Shown here: positions 55,589 through 64,000 of the stretch, one piece after another | Position numbering within the stretch: position 1 is the first letter of the stretch | How the letters are laid out: each line of letters opens with the position of its first letter | Assembly (NCBI RefSeq): GCF_006345805.1 | Contig: NC_043004.1 | Span: 9,610,001 to 9,674,000 of the forward strand | DNA length: 64,000 bases | Direction of reading: 5' to 3' | DNA from: Octopus sinensis | Lineage: Eukaryota | Notes under the pieces: generated by a model | What the model saw: the letters and a program-made list of their open reading frames with translations, nothing else | The model's database searches: none | What the model was told of the DNA's origin: nothing | Translations under genes and position numbers: made by a program

Positions 55589-55624
55589 CTTCCTGTTGAA
55601 GAGCGTAGGCTCGAAACGTATAAG
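55589..55624 (+). ncRNA. Degenerate hammerhead-like motif in an interspersed repeat
   Basis: cttc-ctgttga-a-gagc-gtag-gctc-gaaac-gta-taag; core A6 replaced by T. Confidence 0.45.
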
Positions 55625-55849
55625 ACTTCCTCACCTTCCAGAACGTCAAACTAATACACCTACTTGTTTATAAACCTTTCTTGTTTTTCTGTAAATTTCA
55701 ACTATATATATATATATATACGAGCATGCAGATACATATATGGAACTATATATACATACATGCAGGTATATATAAATATATATATACATACATACACACA
55801 CACACACATATACACATATGTACATTTATGCATATGCATATATATGTAA

Positions 55850-56240
55850 ATTTGCTAACTTTGATAGGTTTCGGCCAGTATAGACCCCGGCCACGTCTAA
55901 CTTAATAACACCACCTGGTGAAGTCTTTTAGTCATAGTTAGGGCACGGTGTAGAAGGTTGGTCCGGGATATTTTGAAAAAATTTGTCTGGTGAACGTTTG
56001 AATTTCATGGGATCCGTTTCCGTTTTTGACATATTTTGGTATGGTATTAAAGAGAGGTGGTCCGGTTGAGGTAAAGTAATTGTGACGTAATGTTGCTATG
56101 TGTACCGAGTTCGATTTTTGTAGCGGGAGGATAGCACAGGGGCCAAGTCTTGGATGGATTTTACAATTGATGCCAACATCATTTGTGCAATATTGATGGA
56201 ATATTTTCCACATAACACAAATGATGTATTGCTCCCGGCG

Positions 56241-56245
<5 letters not shown>
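55850..56245 (-). mobile_element. CR1-like LINE 3' end
   Basis: ORF 55938..56303 HPRLGP..TLRHNYFTSTGPPLFNTIPKYVKN then FKRSPDKFFQNIPDQP. Confidence 0.75.
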
Positions 56246-56284
<39 letters not shown>

Positions 56285-56344
56285 AGAAAAAATATACATG
56301 CATCTATTTGCATATATATATATATATATATTTATTTATTATTA

Positions 56345-56568
56345 TCACCGTGACCGACAAGGCTATCAGATGTTGCTACACGTCGCTGGTCACAATGCGC
56401 TTCGCATTGTTTTTTTAGCCTTCAAATGACGCCACCCCGCAGGCTAAGCAAGCAGGCCAGCGGAAGAAAGACTGAGAGAAAGTGGTGGCGAAAGTGGTGG
56501 CGAAAGAGTACAGCAGGGATCGCCACCACCCCCTTCCGGAGTCGCGTGGAGCTTTAGGTGTTTTCGCT
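56345..56568 (-). mobile_element. SINE family B, tail type 1, 5'-truncated
   Basis: accgtgaccgac..atcagatgttgctacacgtcgctggtcacaatgcg..gagctttaggtgttttcgct. Confidence 0.88.
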
Positions 56569-56717
56569 ACACACCTTTCTTCTAAGCACTGCTGTAAACA
56601 GCGGAAGTGAACTAAAACGTTAAAACTTAGTGCGCATGCACAGCAAAGTTCAAGGGCAATCTTTGCCAAACAGCTTCACTTTGCGCTCTTTAGCTTCGCT
56701 AGTATGGCGACAGTCCC

Positions 56718-56803
<86 letters not shown>

Positions 56804-57047
56804 AATGCGTGTGCGTGTGCAGAAATGTATGTATGTATGTATGTATGTATGTATGTATGTATGTATGTATGTATGTAGGTAGGTCTACATATATATATAT
56901 ATATAACGGAAGATATTCAGTTACCGTCTACTAAATCCGCTTATAAGTTTTTGTTCAGCACTTATATATTATTTCAAATACGTGTACGAGTATCTATCTT
57001 TCTATCTATCAATCTATCTATCTCACTCGCTCTCTCTCTCTCTCCTA

Positions 57048-57083
<36 letters not shown>

Positions 57084-57289
57084 GTGTGTGTGTGTGTTGA
57101 GAGAGAGAGAGAATGAGAGAGATGGTTGTGTGTGTATACGTATGTACGTATGCATGTATGACTTTCGAAGCATACATGTGAAGACTTAAGCATTTGTGTA
57201 TGCAAATAATTAAGCAAATGCAATCTGTTCATTTCTAAACATATCTCTCTCTATATATACTCTTCCTCCCTATATATATGTATGTATAC

Positions 57290-57326
<37 letters not shown>

Positions 57327-57567
57327 ATATATCATTATATTATACACATAATGCACTCATAAATATAAAATGCACGTTAGAATGTTTCAGTTAAACACGA
57401 AAAATAAAACAAATTTTACTCGTCTTAATATGGAAACTCATCGATATATCAATATGTTTTTCATGATGCTCTCCCCTTACATATACATGCAATGCACACA
57501 CACACGGTAGCACTCGCACGTGCACATATGAATATACATCTATGCATCCGTATATGTATGTGTTGAA

Positions 57568-57957
57568 CAGCTTGTTTACCAACCACATGGTTCCGGGTTC
57601 AGTCCCATTGCGTGGCATCTTGGGCAAGTGTCTTCTGCTATAGCCTCGGGCCGACCAAAGCCTTGTGAGTGGATTTGGTAGACGGAAACTGAACGAAGCC
57701 TGTCGTATATATATGCATATATATATATATATGTATTTGTGTGTGTTTGTGTGTCTGTGTTTGTCCCTCTAGCATTGCTTGACAACCGATGCTGGTGTGT
57801 TTATGTCCCCGTTACTTAGCGGTTCGGCAAAAGAGACCGATAGAATAAGTACTGGGCTTACAAAAGAATAAGCCCCGGGATCGAGTTGCTTGATTAAAGG
57901 CGGTGCTCCAGCATGGCCGCAGTCAAATGACTGAAACAAGTAAAAGAGTAAAAGAGT
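57568..57957 (+). mobile_element. SINE family C, near full length, with internal (TA)n(TG)n
   Basis: agcttgtttaccaaccacatggttccgggttcagtccc..cttgggcaagtgtc..gcatggccgcagtcaaatgactgaaacaagtaaaagagtaaaagag. Confidence 0.9.
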
Positions 57958-58452
57958 AGTATAAATGTATGTATACACACACACACACGCACGCATGCAC
58001 GACACTCTCGCACGCACACACACGCACGACACACACGCACACACATGCACACACACGCGCACACTACCTACATAGATATAACAAACATTTTCGAATGAAC
58101 GGACGTTGCTGTTTTGTTTCGTTTAAGCGAGTAATTGTGTGTGTCTATTATTGTAAGCTTCTGCCCAACAACAGGCAGCCAGTCAACCAGTAAGCCGGTC
58201 AGGCAACCCTTTATATTCGCGTGAAACACTCGCAGTTGGCCAATAATAACGAGGCTCGGCATGAAGACTCTTGAAAATAATTCGTTAACTTTTTTCTCCG
58301 ATTGAATACAACATCGCTTTGAACACACTCTTCGTGGCACACGTGACTGAATTGCTTGGTTCGCTCGCAGTCGTTTCCCCACTTATCATCATCTTTCCCG
58401 CCTAAAACAGAATGACAACGGAAACGACAACTATGTCAGCAGCGCGCGCGCA

Positions 58453-58467
58453 TGTGTGTTTGTGTTT

Positions 58468-58540
<73 letters not shown>

Positions 58541-58631
58541 TTGTGTGTGTGTGTTTCTGTGTGTGTGTGTGTGTGTGTGTTTCTGTGTGTGTGTGTGTGT
58601 GTGTGTGTTTCTGTGTGCGTGTGTGTGTGTG

Positions 58632-58685
<54 letters not shown>

Positions 58686-58703
58686 GTGTTTGTGTGTGTT
58701 TGT
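58453..58703. repeat. (TG)n tract with periodic ttc interruptions
   Basis: Direct reading. Confidence 0.95.
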
Positions 58704-58939
58704 GACAGAATGGTAAGAGGTAGAAGTGAAGATCGCTTTCAATAAAGTACTAAAATGAATAATAGCGTAAAAAGAAGAGCAGCAACGTATGAAGATATAC
58801 GTACATAGGTGTGCTGGGGTGTGGAGGGTGGGGGTGGAGAATACATTTGTAAAGGTCTGCATCAATATGTTTATACTATACACACACACACTGACACAAA
58901 CGTACATGTACAACATATACACATAATAACGTTTGTTAT

Positions 58940-59185
58940 TGTTGTTTAACAGTTAACTTCGCTGGGGAATGTCTCAACGCGTCAGCTGTCCCTCGTCACT
59001 CTACGGAGGATTCGTGCAGTTCCGAGCAACTCTGATTTCTGTCGATGCTCTTACCTTCCAATGAGCTTTTATCTTTTCGATTCAGTTTGTGAGTTTGGTA
59101 CTTAGAGTTCCCAGGGTCCCAACAACTGATTCAATAATCAGTCTTTTTATTTCCATCTTCAAATCATCATATCTGACTAGCTACT
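58940..59185 (-). mobile_element. Short 3' fragment of RLE LINE
   Basis: Minus strand YDDLKMEIKRLIIESVVGTLGTL. Confidence 0.6.
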
Positions 59186-59186
59186 T

Positions 59187-59231
<45 letters not shown>

Positions 59232-59233
<2 letters not shown>

Positions 59234-59932
59234 TTCTCTTTATCGCAGGTTTTGTTGGAGCTCTTGGAGTCTTACATGTGCAGCGGGCTTGCTACATGCA
59301 GCCTACGGTACCAAGCTGTCCATTGCTGATTATTCTGGCCGTTAGAGGAGGCAAAACTTTTGTAACATTTCTACTAGGCACTCTATTCCGATTTTCTTTA
59401 CGTTCTCTTTGATGCCTTCTGATACTGTTTCCAAGGGCCCAACAATAATTGGCACTATCTTCACCGTCTTCATTTTCCATAGCCGGGCTATTTCCTATTT
59501 AAGATAGTTGTATTTATCTATCTTTTCGCCAACCTTCTTGGCTATTCGTGGGTTAAAGGGGCATGCAACCTCAACTATATAGCATATATGGTGCACCTAG
59601 TCCACCGCCACTAAGTCCGGTTTGTTATGCTCTAACACTTGATCTGTTTGGAATGGGAAATCCCAGAGTATTTAGCTAATCTCCGACTGTGCCACTCTCT
59701 GCGGTCTGTGCTCTTACCACGTCTTGCCTCTCGCTAGCCCCCACTTTTCGCAGTTTCCAATGTAGCAGTTTCGCTTTCTAGTCGTGTCGCCACAACTTCA
59801 AGTGGTCTGGGGCAGGTCTTGGACATTCGTTCGTCATACAGGCAATGGTTCCACCGAACCCTATTGCAGATGAGGTACAGCGGAGACACTTGTTCATTCC
59901 TGAGGTTGACTCTCTAGTTCGTGGCCAAAGCT
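59232..59932 (-). mobile_element. R4/Dong-like RLE LINE 3' fragment
   Basis: KCLRC..GTIACMTNECP..WRHD; VLEHNKPDLVAVD..CYIVEVACPF; (TCA)n and (TTA)n flanks. Confidence 0.8.
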
Positions 59933-59967
59933 TTATTATTATTAATGGTATTATTATTATTATTATT

Positions 59968-60475
59968 AAGGAGGGCAAGACCGTTTTCCTGTGCCTAGTG
60001 GCTGTGGCGAAAGAGGTTGTATGGTGGACCCATTTGAAAGGGCTAAAGTTAGACACTTTCCTCTTTGGTCAAGGCCTCATCAACTTTTTCAAGTTTCACT
60101 TGAAAAGGAAGATGAGGTTTGAGAGGAGAGTGCTGTCTGATAGCAAGTGTTCTGAAAGGTGGGTGAATTGTGCAAGAATGACCAGTATAAATGGACCAAT
60201 ACTGAGGTTTCGCCTGTAATTGAAAAAGGTATTATAAAAGGAGAAAGGGATTCTCTCCCCACCTTTTGACCAGGCTCCCGTGGCTTTTATAGGTTTTTCC
60301 ACGTGAGACCTTTTCTTTTTTCGTAACGCCTCCCCCTATTGGAAGTTTTTCGTTGTTAAACTGCTTTTTACTCGTTTTTTTCTCAAACGGACAAAACCTT
60401 TTGTAATCTTTCGTCCTGTTTTGTCCCTTTATGTTTTCCAATCATATTTGTCAGCCCTTGTGGCCAATAAAAAGA

Positions 60476-60476
<1 letters not shown>
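59968..60476 (+). mobile_element. Tx1-clade LINE 3' end within (TTA)n
   Basis: KEGKTVFLCLVAVAKEVVWWTHLKGL..FFKFHLKRKMRFER matches ORF 18519..18845; ends ggccaataaaaagaa. Confidence 0.9.
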
Positions 60477-60515
<39 letters not shown>

Positions 60516-60534
60516 GTTATTATTATTATTATTA

Positions 60535-61330
60535 TGAAGGATATCCCGTGCGCTCTAGGACGTAGAATAGTGTCAGCATATGCAGACGGTACCAACGTAA
60601 TGGTATCAAAATTCAGGGAAGTGAAAGTAGTTGGCACCATTGTAAAGAAATATCAGGTTGTGGTAAGAGTAAAGATTACACCGGAGAAGTTGGTGGATTT
60701 GCAGCTCGGCTTCAGGAGAGACCAGTTCTCGCTCTCGAACAGCGGTTTGGGACGCTGGACCGACAGAGCATGTCAAATGCTAGGCGTCTAATTCGGGTGG
60801 TGCCTGCAAATGGAACTGTGGCGATGCTATTGAGCATGTCAGCCAATCTCATTCAGAATTAATCCAAGAGGTAGCTATCTCTAAAATGTCGGGCAGAGGT
60901 GGCAAACGTTTATATAACCTACGTTGTAAGTTACTAGTGACCCTTCGTAATGCGCTAGTTTTCGTCTAACTGCATGGGAAGAGTCTCTTCTTCCGCTTGT
61001 TGTTGACGGGCCTTGGCCCACTGAGCATGTAGTGCATCTGATGGCCACAGTCTTCACGCTGGTTGTTTGGTATGTTATGACAACTGATGCGCAGATATGG
61101 TGCGATATCTTTGAAGATTACTGAATGAGAAGTGTCATTTATTTCAGTTTGTATGGCACGTTTTTTTTCTGCTGGTTGCCGGTCTCAAGAATGATATGGC
61201 TGGTCTGCTCTAGAAGACTTTCATGTCAGGGATTATGGATAACTTCTAAAACGCCTTAGATTGGCATTGTTACTGAAAGCCAGCAGACCCCTATAAATAA
61301 GGGATCATACCATTATGATCTGTTATTTCG
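60535..61330 (+). mobile_element. Old Tx1-clade RT fragment
   Basis: ORF 60534..60791 IPCALG..VSAYADGTNVMVS..KITPEK..GRWTD..MLGV aligns to ORF 19310..19993. Confidence 0.8.
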
Positions 61331-61644
61331 CACTCCGATGCCTGCCCACTCATCCATCACACTCCTTTTGCCTTTCTATCTGCCTCACCAAACTAAAAAG
61401 TCCCCATCGGTCAGATGATAATTTCAAACCGGGGGCCGTATTAAATCTATCAGAAAAGAAAAGGCTCTGTCTGAAGGAGCTTTCTCGGTAGGTGCCGTAA
61501 ATATAGCTCAACAATATTTCGCGATTTATATTAAGCACACGATATAAAGTGTTTTGCTTTTGCTGTCATTTTCCTGTCCATAAATTTTACCTATCCTTCA
61601 TTTCTCTCCTTTTTCTTGCGGGTGTCTCCAATAATTTTCTAAAT

Positions 61645-61740
61645 ACAGACCTCGGCTGAATTTGAACACAGAACGTAAAGACAGGCGAAATAGCGCTAAG
61701 CATTTCGCTCAGCGTGCTATCGTTTCTTTCTGCCAGCTTG
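61645..61740 (-). mobile_element. SINE family A 5' fragment
   Basis: gacctcggctgaatttgaacacagaacgtaaagacaggcgaaatagcgctaagcatttcgc. Confidence 0.8.
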
Positions 61741-62084
61741 CAGATATATTTTGATGAAATGAAAATGAGCTGAGTGTGACAATAGGCAAATAATTAAGCA
61801 AGAAGAAATAAAGGTATCTGAAATGTCATTTATTATCAATTCTTGCTTTATTGTGCGAGGTGCCTCAGCATTTTGCGGACATGTGCAGCATGAACGTAAT
61901 TTCTGAAAAAGAATTTGCTTGTCACAGTGTGACAAGCCTGGAAGTGGGAATTACAGTTATCGCCCTTGCGATGGGTTTCTACGCAGTTTCCTTTTAACAG
62001 TTCACCCAATTTTCTTCACAGGTTTTGGATCCGTCCAAGATGCAAGGTTATTGACGATCATATCTGGAGTATCATTGGCAATCA

Positions 62085-62167
62085 CGGGGTTTCGGATTCA
62101 ATCAATGGCTTCTGAGAGAATTTCATTGACGAAAACTGAAAGAAGCCTGTTGTTCATATGCATATAT

Positions 62168-62198
<31 letters not shown>

Positions 62199-62460
62199 CG
62201 TACGTGTCTTTGTAGTCGTGTCTGTACTGCCCCCCCCCCACACACACACACACTGCTTGAGAACCAGTGTTGGTTTGTTTATGTCTCCGTAAGTTAGCGG
62301 TACAGTAAAAGAGGGTGATTGCATTTGTACCAGACTTACAAAAAAAAAAAAAAACCGAAAAAAAGTACAGGAGTGGATTTGTTCGAGTAAAACGTTTCAA
62401 AGTGGTGCTCTAGCATGGCCGCAGTACAATAACTGAAAGAAGTAAAATAAGATAAAAGTA
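62085..62460 (+). mobile_element. Decayed SINE family C copy
   Basis: gacgaaaactgaaagaagcctgt..(TG)n..cttgagaaccagtgttggtttgtttatgtctccgtaa..ctctagcatggccgcagt. Confidence 0.75.
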
Positions 62461-63216
62461 TGTATGTATAGATTCAGAGAAAGAGAGAGAGAGGGGGGAA
62501 TAGGACAAAATGAATATACAGAGGTATCATCGTATCATTCATTTTATTTCATTTTCTTCTTGAATTCCACCTGTCTTTCTTTCTTTCCTTCTTTCTTTCC
62601 TTCTTTCCTTCCTTCCTTCCTTCTTTCTTTCCCAACAAATCCTTTCCTTAGCCTTTCATTCGTGTTTTACAATCTGTAAACATCTTCAGAAATAATCTGT
62701 TGTGTTCAGGCCCAAATAAAAAGATGTCCCTTGTCCTTCAATTCATGAATATTGCCGGGGTTGTTAACGAAACCGTACAAAATTCTCTATTTACCACTGT
62801 TATAATAACGAACATTTTGCAACAGAAAATTATGAAAGACGGGGGACAAAGTAATCCGTGGATTTTGATAGAAATATTGCAAGACCTTTCGTAGTCATGG
62901 CAAATAACTAAAGAAGAAGAAAAAATGCTTGATTCTTCCGCTGTAAAACAAAAACCTATTTCTTTTTCATATCCTCTGCCAAGCTAAACATACCTATTGA
63001 ATCTGCATAGACAAACGTTGGTGCAAATCTTACAAATATACAATTCAGCCAAACTTTGTTAGTCTTGTGATAATGAATCTCTAAACTGTGCTGCTTCTTT
63101 CCGTTTTGCTGTTTGGTCCATAATGGCAGACATCACAAACTTTCTCCTTTTCACTCATATTCTACTGACAATTTGAAGAAGTTTTCGTTTTGTGCATCCG
63201 GTTAATTTTTGCCTCT

Positions 63217-63331
63217 CATACATACATACATACATACGTACGTACATACATACGTATATATATATATATATCATCATGGGTTTATGAATATTTATGTCTA
63301 TCTATCCATCTGTTTATCTGTCTGTTTATTA

Positions 63332-63391
<60 letters not shown>

Positions 63392-63496
63392 CTCTATCTA
63401 TATATGTATCTATCTATATACCTATCAATCAATCAATCAATCTATCTATCTATCTATCCATCTATCCCTCTATCTATCTATCTGTCTATCTATCTA

Positions 63497-63532
<36 letters not shown>

Positions 63533-63637
63533 CCTACCTACCTACCTACCTACCTACCTACCAACCTATCTATCTATCTATCTAACTACATACATACATA
63601 CATACATACATACATACATACATACATACTACATACA

Positions 63638-63670
<33 letters not shown>
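63217..63670. repeat. Compound tetranucleotide tract (TACA/TCTA/TCAA/CCTA)
   Basis: Direct reading. Confidence 0.95.
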
Positions 63671-64000
63671 GGCTGCCGTTACGCTTTCATTTCCTCTTTT
63701 CACTCGTTGTCTCATATTCATTGCATTATTTTTAAAGTATTCAAGACGAAAGAAGAATGAAATATAACACCGAATCTGAAGACATGGCTATGAGCGCGCA
63801 CGCACACATACAAAAGCACACACACACACACGCATACACACACATACATAAACATATGCCTACAAATACTCTCAAATACGTGTGTGTTTGTGGATATACG
63901 TATACAAATGTTTGTAAGTGTGTAAGAGCGTATGTGTGCATGTATGTTGGAGCAGCCTTATGGGAAGGTTGGCAACCTTGGTAGATGAAGAATTCTCTTT

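Overview
AT-rich, microsatellite-saturated eukaryotic non-coding DNA. The SINE/LINE repertoire strongly suggests an octopus (coleoid cephalopod) genome; this is an inference from repeat recognition. No intact host protein-coding gene could be supported, and nearly all listed ORFs are translations of simple repeats. The window is a retroelement graveyard: at least seven R4/Dong-like RLE LINE fragments, mostly abutting (TAA)n-type tracts in one orientation; three Tx1/L1-clade fragments and a separate ORF1-like zinc-knuckle element; two decayed Penelope-like elements (RT + GIY-YIG); several orphan pseudo-LTR-like units carrying minimal hammerhead ribozyme motifs; CR1 and RTE fragments; a full-length decayed mariner; a maT/DD37D-like remnant; and three tRNA-type SINE families. 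Most notable are: (i) a dispersed set of hammerhead motifs with palindromic helix III, two of them inside direct+inverted repeat cassettes, one flanked by a ~150 bp duplication; (ii) a ~530 bp non-coding element found twice directly behind a Dong-like LINE 3' end across (TAA)n; (iii) a SINE whose 3' tail resembles the Tx1 3' end and which forms a head-to-tail array. Boundaries of decayed elements are approximate.
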